Shown here piece by piece: positions 29,038 to 37,771 of a stretch of DNA of 64,000 nt. The position numbers and the translations under genes are program-made. This stretch comes from an uncultured Chloroflexia bacterium (lineage in GTDB: Bacteria; Chloroflexota; Limnocylindria; Limnocylindrales; CSP1-4). Location of the stretch: positions 1 to 64,000 of the forward strand of contig CAVVNQ010000021.1 of assembly GCA_963749705.1 (NCBI GenBank), given 5' to 3'. How positions within the stretch are numbered: position 1 is the first letter of the stretch; every line of letters begins with the position of its first letter. A model generated the notes under the pieces. It had not been told where the DNA came from. It did not search any database and saw nothing but the letters and a program-made list of their open reading frames with translations.

Positions 29038-29793
29038 CTACGGCGCTGTGGCGTCGAATGCGAAGCGCCAGGTCGCCCGATCGCTCTGGGCGGCCTGGAC
29101 CTGCTCAGCGGTGGCGCCCGTCGGGTAGAGGATCTGCATCGACGCGCAGAACATCGCGCCGGGCGCGAGCGTGGAGCCGCCCTGGAACGGCATCCCGGAT
29201 GCGACGAGGCCGGGCAGCGTGTTCGAGATCATCCCGAGGTTGGCGCCAGTTCCGAGCTCGAAGACAGCGTCGCAGTCCCACTTGACCAGGTTGACGCGAA
29301 GCAGCGGGCTGAGCTCGCCGGGGTCGCCCAGGCCGCACGACGCGTCGACCGTCGCCTCGTCACCGGTGCAGCCGATCTCACTGTCGACGAGGTCGATCGC
29401 GGATACCAGGACATCGACCGACGACGATCCGGCGTTCAGGAGACAGAAGTCGCGGGATTGCTGCGGCTCGTCGGACGGCTGCAGGTTCGAGGCCGCGACA
29501 AGGGGCAGCTGCAGGTCCTCGAACCAGGAGTCCCCGCACCCGGTCCCGCCCAGGGACAGATCTGCCGTTGTCAGCGCGACGTCGGCGGCCCGCGCGATCT
29601 CCCCGCTGTCTGCCGTGTTTGGGTCGGTCGTCGCCCGGTCCGTGAAGACGGCGAACAGGCCGACCCCGCTCATCAGCGACACCACGAGCCCGAGCACGAT
29701 CACGATCCGGAGGGCATGCGGCGTCACGGCCCCGCCTCCAGGCGTGTGCGTCCCGGTAATCCCGCCCTCGGGCGGCCCGCTGGCCTGGTCCAT
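29038..29793 (-). CDS. SipW-cognate secreted protein (TasA/camelysin-like)
   Basis: Hydrophobic helix then 'GLFAVFTD…NTADSG' SipW-class signal; 'NLQPSD…CLLNAGS'; final beta strand WRFAFDATAP; GGAGG RBS; adjacent to sipW. Confidence 0.75.
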   Translation of the reverse strand: MDQASGPPEGGITGTHTPGGGAVTPHALRIVIVLGLVVSLMSGVGLFAVFTDRATTDPNTADSGEIARAADVALTTADLSLGGTGCGDSWFEDLQLPLVAASNLQPSDEPQQSRDFCLLNAGSSSVDVLVSAIDLVDSEIGCTGDEATVDASCGLGDPGELSPLLRVNLVKWDCDAVFELGTGANLGMISNTLPGLVASGMPFQGGSTLAPGAMFCASMQILYPTGATAEQVQAAQSDRATWRFAFDATAP

Positions 29794-30021
29794 GTTGGTC
29801 TCCTCCGATCCCCGTCCGTCACGAGGACCGGCGGCCCTCCCTGGACATGCTCGGGAGTCGAGGTGCGACTGCCATCGGTCAAACGACCGATGGGCCATCC
29901 TGTTTGAGCGGAGCGCCCGGATCCCCTGTGCCCGGGGACGACGGGCCCGGACGACGTGCCAGGTCATGCACGACCAGCGGCGCACCTCTGGGGCGCGGTC
30001 ACGGTCGGCGTGTGGTCGGCG

Positions 30022-30780
30022 TCAGCCCGCCTCGTCAACCAGCGCGATCCGGATCCGCTTGTTGATGCGGCCCTTGGACTCGTAGCCGGTGACGCGGATC
30101 CCGCCGACCTCCCGCGTGTTGGCGACGTGGGTGCCGCCGTCCGCCTGGAGGTCAAGCCCGACGATCTCGATGGTCCGGATCTGCTCGATCCCGGCCGGCA
30201 GGAGGTTGACCTTTGTCCGGATCAGGTCGGGGATCGCGAACGCCTCCTCGCGCGGAAGCACGTTGACGCGGATGTCGTGGGCAGCCGCCAGCTCCGCGTT
30301 GACCGTCGCCTCGATCTCCCCGACCAGGTCGCCCGACATCCGCTCGAACTCGAAGTCCATCCGACCCGCGCCGGGCTCCATGTTGCCGCCCGTGACCAGC
30401 GCGCCGTAGTCGCGCCACACGACGCCGCACAGCGCATGGAGGGCGGTGTGCGTCCGCATCAGCGCGTACCGGCGCGCCCACTCGACGTCGACCGTGACCC
30501 GGTCGCCCGCTCGCGGCAGCTCGCCGTCATCGGGTACCTCGAGCTCGTGGACGATCTCCCCGCCGGCGCGGCGAGCTGCCCGCACGACCCAGGTTCGCCC
30601 GTCGGCGGCGCGGAGGATCGTCCCACGGTCCGATGGCTGGCCGCCACCACCCGGGTAGAACGCGGTCGATTCGAGGACGATCAGCGGCGGGCCGTCAGCT
30701 CCGCCAACCTCGAGCACGCGCGACTCGAGCGTGCGCGCATACGCGTCCCGGTAGCAGACCTCGTCGACCCGGGGCGTCAC
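30022..30780 (-). CDS. Alanyl-tRNA editing protein AlaX
   Basis: TAFYPGGGGQPSDRG, MRTHTALH, DLQADGGTHV. Confidence 0.9.
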   Translation of the reverse strand: MTPRVDEVCYRDAYARTLESRVLEVGGADGPPLIVLESTAFYPGGGGQPSDRGTILRAADGRTWVVRAARRAGGEIVHELEVPDDGELPRAGDRVTVDVEWARRYALMRTHTALHALCGVVWRDYGALVTGGNMEPGAGRMDFEFERMSGDLVGEIEATVNAELAAAHDIRVNVLPREEAFAIPDLIRTKVNLLPAGIEQIRTIEIVGLDLQADGGTHVANTREVGGIRVTGYESKGRINKRIRIALVDEAG

Positions 30781-30790
30781 GCCGGGCGCC

Positions 30791-31285
30791 TCAGCCGCCC
30801 ACCGTGAGCGTGCCGGTCATGTTGGGGTGGATCGTGCACACGAACTGGTAGGTGCCGGCCGCGAGGGCTGGCACGTTGTAGTCGGTCGCGGCGGGTCCGG
30901 TCACGACGTCGCCCTTGAACACCTGCGTCCCGCTGGCGTCCTTGATCGCGATGTCGTGCGGCACGCTGGCGTCCTTGTTGTCGAAGTGGATCACGAACGG
31001 CGCGTCCGCGGGCGCGCTGACGTCGCTCTGCTCGAACGCGATGTTGAGCGCGGAGATCTGGACGGTCGCGCCGCCCGTGCCCCCGGATGCTGCCTCGGTT
31101 GGCGCGGCGGAGGCCGCCGCCGACGGCGCCTCCGAGGGCACGGCCGATGCATCGCCCGACGCGGCCGGCTGCGACGCCGGCGCCTCGGTCGGCGCGGCAT
31201 AGGTCCAGCCCGGGCTCTCGGTCGCACAGGCGGCGGCGGACAGGGCGATGAGCGTCAGGGACAGCGCGATCAGCGGGCGGCGCAT
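30791..31285 (-). CDS. Cupredoxin (type-1 copper) lipoprotein
   Basis: Lipobox AAAC; PHDI…YQFVCTIHPNM provides His/Cys/His/Met ligands. Confidence 0.85.
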   Translation of the reverse strand: MRRPLIALSLTLIALSAAACATESPGWTYAAPTEAPASQPAASGDASAVPSEAPSAAASAAPTEAASGGTGGATVQISALNIAFEQSDVSAPADAPFVIHFDNKDASVPHDIAIKDASGTQVFKGDVVTGPAATDYNVPALAAGTYQFVCTIHPNMTGTLTVGG

Positions 31286-31380
31286 CGAAACCTCGGGTGA
31301 TGACGATGTTGGGACCCTCGGATGCTAGCGCCGCTGCGCATCGAGCGCGCTGACCGGGGTCCCGGGCCGCATTCGCCCGG

Positions 31381-31418
31381 ACTATTTTGCAAAAGAGTCT
31401 TGGCAAAGGTTCCTTTGT
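31381..31418. promoter_or_regulatory. AT-rich overlapping palindromes, probable ArsR-family operator
   Basis: ACTATTTTGCAAAAGAGT and CAAAGGTTCCTTTG immediately upstream of -10 TAGGAT (31423-31428). Confidence 0.6.
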
Positions 31419-31434
31419 GATGTAGGATCCCGCC

Positions 31435-32142
31435 ATGAACGAACGACGCACACCCCAACCCGTCCCGCGCGAACCGGGACCGGGCGCGGCATTCGATCCT
31501 CGGCGCGACGATGTCGTATCGCCCGACGCGCGGTCCCTGCGAGGGCTGGCGCATCCGCTCCGGCTCCAGCTGCTCGGCCTGCTTCGCGTCGACGGACCGG
31601 CCACCGCAACGCAGCTCGCAGCGCGTACCGGCCAGTCGAGCGGCGCGACCAGCTATCACCTCCGACAGCTGGCAGCCTACGGGTTCGTGGTCGAGGATGC
31701 GGAGCGGACGACCGGGAAGCGTGACCGCTACTGGCGGGCGGCCCACCGGACCACGATGTTCGACCAGCTGCCGGACACGGACGAGGAGAGCCGGGCCCTC
31801 GGCGAGGAGTACCTCCGGATCGTCGCCGATGCCAGCGCCCGGCGCGTGCAGGCCGCGATCGCGGGGCTGGCGACCATCGACGAGGACCTCGGGCCCGGCT
31901 GGCTTGACGGGTTCACGATGAGCGACCTGGTCCTGCGCCTGACGCTGCCCGAGGCCCGAGCGCTGATCGCCGACCTCGAGTCGGTCGCCGCGCGCCGGCG
32001 GCAGGACGATCCCGATGACCGGGCAGCGGCACCGGCCGGGGCGCAGCGGGTCGTGATCCAGTTCCAGGTCCTGCCCGCAGCATCGCCGGCCACCCCGGAA
32101 GCGCCCGCCGGGACCCGAGCGGAGGACGACCTCGATGCCTGA
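31435..32142 (+). CDS. ArsR/HTH_20 family transcriptional regulator
   Basis: LRGLAHPLRLQLLGLL…ATATQLA…SYHLRQLAAYGFV. Confidence 0.9.
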   Translation: MNERRTPQPVPREPGPGAAFDPRRDDVVSPDARSLRGLAHPLRLQLLGLLRVDGPATATQLAARTGQSSGATSYHLRQLAAYGFVVEDAERTTGKRDRYWRAAHRTTMFDQLPDTDEESRALGEEYLRIVADASARRVQAAIAGLATIDEDLGPGWLDGFTMSDLVLRLTLPEARALIADLESVAARRRQDDPDDRAAAPAGAQRVVIQFQVLPAASPATPEAPAGTRAEDDLDA

Positions 32143-33460
32143 CACCGCGGCGAACCACAAGCCGTCCCGGTCTCGCCGGGGCCTGGCCGGGCTCCTGGCG
32201 GCCAACTTCGTGTCGATCCTCGGCACCCGGATGTCGATGCTCGCGCTGCCCTGGTTCGTGCTGGTCACGACCGGCAGCGCGGCCGAGACCGGGCTGGTCG
32301 TGTTCGCCGAGATGGCGCCGTACGTGCTGGTCCAGGGGTTCGGCGGGCCGGTGGTCGACCGGTTCGGGACCTGGCGGATCTCGATCGCCAGCGACGCGAT
32401 CGCGGCATGCATGCTCGGCCTGGTGCCCCTGGTCTACGTGACCGGCGGGCTGTCGCTGGGCGTGATCATGGCGCTGGTGGCCGTTGCCGGTGCCGTCCGC
32501 GGCGCCGGCGACACCGCCCGGCACGTGCTCGTGCCCGGCCTCGCCGACGCTGCCGCCACGCCCCTCGAGCGTGCGAGCGGCTGGTACGACGCGGTCAGCC
32601 GCGGCGCGGGCATGATCGGCGCTCCCCTGGCGGGGGTGCTCATCGCCGTGGCGTCGGCGCCGGCGGTGCTGGCCATCGATGCCGCCACGTTCATCGTGTC
32701 CGCCGTCGCCGTCGCCGTGTTGGTCCCCAGGTCGGCCCAGCCGGGATCGGGGACCACCCTCGACGATCCGGGTGCGGTCGCCGAGCCCGGGGCTTCGTAC
32801 CTCGCATCGCTGCGCGAGGGGTTCGCCCACCTGGGCGCCGACCGGCTCCTGCTCGGGATCGCGTGCATGATCCTGGTGACCAACCTGCTCGACCAGGCAT
32901 TCAGCGCGGTCCTCGCGCCCGTGTGGGCGAACGAGGTGACCGGCAGCCCGGTGGTCCTGGGGATGATGGGTGCGGTCATGGGCGTCGGCGCCCTGATCGG
33001 CAACGGTTCGGCTGCCTGGCTCGGACCCCGCCTGCCGCGCCGGTGGACGTTCGCCTGGGGCTTCCTGCTCGCCGGCGGGCCGCGCTACTTCATCCTCGCG
33101 GCCGTGTCGTCGGTCTCGCCGGTGCTGGCGATCAGCTTCCTGGCCGGGCTCGGCGCGGGCGGCATCAACCCGATCCTCGGCGCGGTCGAGTTCGAGCGGA
33201 TCCCGCGCCACCTCCAGACCCGGGTGCTCGGGGCGCTCGGCGCAACGGCGTGGGCCGGGATCCCGTTCGGGGCGCTGGTCGGCGGGGCGCTGGTGGAGCA
33301 GCTCGGGCTGCAGGGGGCGCTGGCCGCCACCGGGGCGGCGTACCTGGTGACGACGCTGGCACCGTTCGTGTTCCCCGTCTGGCGCCAGATGGACCGGCCA
33401 GCCGCGACGAGCTCCGCGGCGCCGGACGCAGAAGCGGAGGCCGACCGACCCGCGGCGTAA
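32135..33460 (+). CDS. MFS transporter
   Basis: About 12 TM helices; GPVVDRFG motif A; overlaps the regulator stop. Confidence 0.9.
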   Translation: MPDTAANHKPSRSRRGLAGLLAANFVSILGTRMSMLALPWFVLVTTGSAAETGLVVFAEMAPYVLVQGFGGPVVDRFGTWRISIASDAIAACMLGLVPLVYVTGGLSLGVIMALVAVAGAVRGAGDTARHVLVPGLADAAATPLERASGWYDAVSRGAGMIGAPLAGVLIAVASAPAVLAIDAATFIVSAVAVAVLVPRSAQPGSGTTLDDPGAVAEPGASYLASLREGFAHLGADRLLLGIACMILVTNLLDQAFSAVLAPVWANEVTGSPVVLGMMGAVMGVGALIGNGSAAWLGPRLPRRWTFAWGFLLAGGPRYFILAAVSSVSPVLAISFLAGLGAGGINPILGAVEFERIPRHLQTRVLGALGATAWAGIPFGALVGGALVEQLGLQGALAATGAAYLVTTLAPFVFPVWRQMDRPAATSSAAPDAEAEADRPAA

Positions 33461-33504
33461 GCGTCAGCGGCATCGCCTCGGGCGCCAAGGCCGGCCGGCG
33501 ATCC

Positions 33505-36500
33505 TCAGGGGCCGGGAGCCGCAGCGCCGCCCTCCTCGAGACCCAGCCGGATCGCGACCGCGGCGGCCTCGACCCGTCCGGACACGCCGAGCTTGGACAG
33601 GATGTTGCCGACGTGCACGCCCACGGTCTTCTGGCTGATGAACAGCCGGTCGCCGATCTCCCGGTTGGTGCGGCCCTTCGCGATCCACGCGAGCACCTCG
33701 AGCTCGCGCTTGGACAGCCCGAACGTGTCCCCGCCCGCCGGGGTTCGTGCGCCGCCGGGGCCCGGGACCGGCGGCGGTCCCGACGCCTGGACGACGGGGC
33801 CGGGCGCAACCGAGGTTCGCGGCTGGACGGGCGCCGGCGCCGGTGCCTCGAGCATCGCGTCGACCTCGGGCGGCAGCGTGATCAGGGCACGTCCTCCCAG
33901 GTCGCGGAGGGCCCGCAGCAGCGGCCGGGCGTGCAGGGCCATCGCGAGGTCCACCGCACGGATCAGGGGTTCCCGTGCCTCGGCGCGCGCGAGCCGGGCG
34001 TCGGTCCTGACCCTGGTGCCCGCCGCGCTGCCGGCGATGGCCAGGTTGAGGCTCGCCTCCGCCTGGCGCCACAGGGCGCGCGCCTCGCGGTACGGATCGC
34101 CGAGCTCCTGCCACCTCGCCGCCAGGCTTGCCCACCGCGCCGGGTCGTCCCGGCCATGGAGCCGCTCGTGGAACGCGCGCGCGGTGGCCAGGCTGGTACC
34201 GGGCTCGCGACCGGCGCTCGCCGGCGCCTCCAGGCCGGCGCGGGCCACGGCGGCCTCCGCCTCGGCCAGCATCCGGCCCGCGCGCTCCCGCGAGGCGGCC
34301 ACGTCCGCGATCCGGCGCTTCTCGAGCGCGGCGGCCACGATCGCCGACTCGACCTCGAGCGCGGTCGCCGCCATCCGCGCGACGAGGACCCAGTCCTCCG
34401 TCCCGCGCAGGCGTGCCCAGCCACGCTCGATCGCGCGGCGCGCGTCGGCGAGGTCACCGCTCCACATCGCGTACGACGCGGTCGCCTGGTAGGCGGGGAC
34501 GGCGAACTGGAGATCACCGCCCGTCTCGAGCTCGACCAGGATCCGGCCCAGCAGCCGGCCCGCCTCCTCGCCGGCCTCCGACTCGATCTCGACGAGCACC
34601 AGGTTGATCAGGGCGTTGACGAACGGCACGCCGGCGGGGCTCCAGTCCAGCGCCCGGAGGCTCAGCTCTCGCGCCTCCGACCATCGCCCCACGTCGACCA
34701 GCAGCCCGGCGACGTTGCCGCCCAGCAGGTTGCCGTAGATCGCGTCGAGGTCGTTGGCGCGCGCCTCCTCCATGTCCCGGAAGGCGACGTCGATCGCCTC
34801 CTGCTGCCGCCCGAGCAGCTCCAGCACGACCGCCATGTTCGCGCCGGCCCGCCACCACTCCTCCATCAGGCCGAGGGCGCGCGAACGCTCGACCGCCTGC
34901 TCGAGGATCGGCAGCGCGGACTCCGGATCGTCGCCCCAGCCCTTGACCACCGCGAGCGTCGTCATGGCATGGATCGCCTCGGGCTCGGCCGATGGGCCCA
35001 GGCCGTCCGTGATCGCGAGCGCCTCGGTTGCCGCGCGCTCGGCGTCGCGGAACGCGCCCGCGATCATCCGCTCCTGGGCAAGGAGCGCGAGGATCCGGGC
35101 GCGCTCGATCGACGGTGCAGCCGGCACGACGTCCGCCGCTCGCCGGAGCGCCGTCGTGGCGCCGGCGGCATCGCCCGCCGCCAGCCGGTAGCGTCCGAGC
35201 CGCGCCTCGAGGACCCCGTGCCGTACGCGATCGCTCCGCTCGCGCAGCGCCCCGATCGCCGCCTCCGCGTAGGCAACCGCGCGGGTCGGGCGGAGCGCGG
35301 CCAATGCGGCCTCCGCCGCCTCGTCCTGGAGACCGCCGGTCACCTCGTCAGCGAGCCCGTCATCCTCGGGCTGCGGGAGCTCGAGCGCGATCTCGAACGC
35401 GGCCAGCGCGTCCTCGGGCGCATCGACGGTCATCGCCAGGCGGCCCGCGCGGATCGCGGCGTCGCGCGCCTCCGGCAGCCGGTGCGCCGCGCGCCAGTGC
35501 ATGGCCGCCACGATGGGCACGTCCTCGAACGCCCGGGCCACCGCGGCGCGGTACCGTGGCAGCTGCGTCGGCAGCAGGTCGCCGACCACGGCCCGGGCGA
35601 CCATCTCGTGACGGATCCGCATCCGGCCCTCGGCGCCGGCGCGCACGAAGCCGTGCTCCAGCGCCTCGTCGAGACCGGCCGAGAGGTCGGCGTCCATCAG
35701 CGTTCCGGCGCGCCTGGGCAGGGACGTCGAGCGCGGCGGGAGGCGGGTCTGGGGCCCGGCCTCGAACGTCGCGGCGGTGAGCGCCAGCTGGCTGCGATCC
35801 ATCGCGCGCTCGGCCGGTGCCATCAGCCGCAGCACCCGCCGGCACTCGGGAGATCGTCGCTGGAGCCGGGCCGCGACGAGGTCCGACAGCGTCCCGGTGA
35901 GGGTCGCGTTGCGAACCTCGCGCCGCGCGGCGACCAGCTCCTCGACCACCATCGGCGAGCCACCCGAGCGCTCCGAGACGAGGACCACGATCGAGGCCGA
36001 GGGTCGCTCGCCCTCGATGCCCTCGATCATCCGCGCGATCTCCCGGCGAGCCATGGGCTGGAGCTCGATGTTGACCGGCGGGCGGAGCCCGCCCTCGATG
36101 ATCGCGAGGTTCTCGCGCAGCGGGTGCTCGCGCGTCATGCGGTCCGGCTGGTAGGTGACGATGAGGGTCAGTCGCTCGTCCCGCGCGATCCGGGCGACGA
36201 ACGTGGCGAATGCCCGGGTGGCGGCGTCGGCGACATGGAGGTCCTCGAGCACGATCACGAGGGGCTGCTCGACGGCAAGCCGCCCCAGCCAGCTCAGGAG
36301 CGCTGCGAGGGCCCTGGGTTGCCGGCGCTCCGGATCGGCGAGCGCGCTGACCGGCGGCGCCGACAGCTCCGCCGCGAGCTCGGGCATCCCGGGCAGGGCG
36401 AGCAGCAGGGAGCGCGAATCCCTGCGGAGCAGCCCCAGCCGCTCATCGCGGGGACGGGACGAGAGCACCGGTCCCAGCGCCTCGAGCACGGCGGCCCATG

Positions 36501-36729
36501 GCGTATCGACCGGCCCTTCGGCGCGGCCGCGCATGACCAGCGGCGGTGTGGGTGACGACGCGGCGCGCGCGAGCGCCTCGTCGATGAACCGGGAGGCGCC
36601 CATGCCCGCGCTCGAGGCGACGACCACGGTTGTCGCACCGCCGGTCGCACCCGACTCGATGGCCGCCCCGACCTGCGCGAGCTCCGGCTCGCGCCCGATG
36701 TACTGGCGGCTGACGACTCTGCCCGGCAT
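33505..36729 (-). CDS. Large AAA(STAND)-TPR-LuxR transcriptional regulator
   Basis: IGREPEL, LEDLHVAD Walker B, helical repeats, LSKRELEVL…TNREIG…LFISQKTV HTH. Confidence 0.9.
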   Translation of the reverse strand: MPGRVVSRQYIGREPELAQVGAAIESGATGGATTVVVASSAGMGASRFIDEALARAASSPTPPLVMRGRAEGPVDTPWAAVLEALGPVLSSRPRDERLGLLRRDSRSLLLALPGMPELAAELSAPPVSALADPERRQPRALAALLSWLGRLAVEQPLVIVLEDLHVADAATRAFATFVARIARDERLTLIVTYQPDRMTREHPLRENLAIIEGGLRPPVNIELQPMARREIARMIEGIEGERPSASIVVLVSERSGGSPMVVEELVAARREVRNATLTGTLSDLVAARLQRRSPECRRVLRLMAPAERAMDRSQLALTAATFEAGPQTRLPPRSTSLPRRAGTLMDADLSAGLDEALEHGFVRAGAEGRMRIRHEMVARAVVGDLLPTQLPRYRAAVARAFEDVPIVAAMHWRAAHRLPEARDAAIRAGRLAMTVDAPEDALAAFEIALELPQPEDDGLADEVTGGLQDEAAEAALAALRPTRAVAYAEAAIGALRERSDRVRHGVLEARLGRYRLAAGDAAGATTALRRAADVVPAAPSIERARILALLAQERMIAGAFRDAERAATEALAITDGLGPSAEPEAIHAMTTLAVVKGWGDDPESALPILEQAVERSRALGLMEEWWRAGANMAVVLELLGRQQEAIDVAFRDMEEARANDLDAIYGNLLGGNVAGLLVDVGRWSEARELSLRALDWSPAGVPFVNALINLVLVEIESEAGEEAGRLLGRILVELETGGDLQFAVPAYQATASYAMWSGDLADARRAIERGWARLRGTEDWVLVARMAATALEVESAIVAAALEKRRIADVAASRERAGRMLAEAEAAVARAGLEAPASAGREPGTSLATARAFHERLHGRDDPARWASLAARWQELGDPYREARALWRQAEASLNLAIAGSAAGTRVRTDARLARAEAREPLIRAVDLAMALHARPLLRALRDLGGRALITLPPEVDAMLEAPAPAPVQPRTSVAPGPVVQASGPPPVPGPGGARTPAGGDTFGLSKRELEVLAWIAKGRTNREIGDRLFISQKTVGVHVGNILSKLGVSGRVEAAAVAIRLGLEEGGAAAPGP

Positions 36730-36818
36730 CAGGGCATTGTAGGGACGCCACACGGGCCCCAGATGGCCGGCCGCCCGTGGCCGGCCACGACGATGGCGGC
36801 GGCCGGTACGCTTCCCGG

Positions 36819-37769
36819 GTGCAGGACCGCAGGCCGCCCCACCCCGCAAACGAGCTCAACGAGCTGTCGGGCGAGGAATGGCTCTACTTCACCAAGTCGG
36901 TCTGGACCACCGCCTACCCGTCCGAGCTCGGCCACAGCCGGCGCAGGGCGCACGGCGCCAACAAGCCGCCCCGCCTGATGGCCCGCCTGATCGAGTTCTT
37001 CACGCGCAGCGGCGAGCTCGTGCTCGATCCGTTCGCGGGCGTCGGTGGCACCCTGCTGGGTGCGGCGATCGCCCGCGGACCGCGACGGGCGCTGGGCATC
37101 GAGCTCGATCCACGCTGGGCGACGATCTACGCGGACACGGTGGCATCGCTGGCCGCCGAGCGCGATGGTCTCGGGCCCCAGCTCGCGGACCTGGGAGCCA
37201 GCGACCCGGGCGGCGTTCGCTCGTTCGACCCCTCGGGGCTCGAGCTGCGCGTCGGCGACGCCCGGGCGATCCTGCCGACGCTGGAGGCCGGCTCCATCGA
37301 CTTCGTGGTCACCGACCCGCCATACAACGTCCAGCTGCCGATGACGATGGCGGGCGGCAGGCTGGCCGAGGCGCACGCGAACCGGCGCACCGACTACGCG
37401 ATGGTGTCCTCGCTCGACGCCGATCTCGCGAACCTGCCCGACTACCCGGCCTTCCTCGACGCGATGTGCGACGTGCTGGGCGAGGTCCACCGGGTCCTCC
37501 GGCCCGGCCGCTACGCCGTGCTGATCGTGCGCGACGCGTACCAGGGCGGCAGGTACCTGTTCACCGCCGCGGACCTCGCGGGCCGTGCGGACTCGGTGGG
37601 GCTGGTCCCCAAGGGCGACATCGCGTGGTACCAGGCGGGGACGCGGCTGCGGCCGTACGGCTATCCGCGATCGTTCGTGCCCAACATCGCGCACCAGCAC
37701 ATCCTGGTGCTGCGCAAGGCGCCCGCGACGCGGCGGTCAGCGAGGGCGGCGGGCGGGTCCGGTCGCTGA
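36819..37769 (+). CDS. Orphan amino-DNA methyltransferase (N4-C/N6-A family)
   Basis: VLDPFAGVGGT SAM motif, VTDPPY catalytic motif, EVHRVLRPG; leaderless GTG at 36819 after TACGCT. Confidence 0.8.
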   Translation: MQDRRPPHPANELNELSGEEWLYFTKSVWTTAYPSELGHSRRRAHGANKPPRLMARLIEFFTRSGELVLDPFAGVGGTLLGAAIARGPRRALGIELDPRWATIYADTVASLAAERDGLGPQLADLGASDPGGVRSFDPSGLELRVGDARAILPTLEAGSIDFVVTDPPYNVQLPMTMAGGRLAEAHANRRTDYAMVSSLDADLANLPDYPAFLDAMCDVLGEVHRVLRPGRYAVLIVRDAYQGGRYLFTAADLAGRADSVGLVPKGDIAWYQAGTRLRPYGYPRSFVPNIAHQHILVLRKAPATRRSARAAGGSGR

Positions 37770-37771
37770 GG

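Noticed and set aside
30022-30780. AlaX zinc motif with Asp for Cys (DGGTH)
   Set aside because: To my knowledge a common variant among AlaX homologs; not evidence of novelty.
32407-36555. 1382-aa plus-strand ORF and many other long overlapping ORFs (e.g. 1339-3537, 56391-58958, the 5' part of 52352-55480)
   Set aside because: Arg/Gly/Pro-rich shadow frames antisense to or out of frame with motif-bearing genes; expected in very GC-rich DNA.
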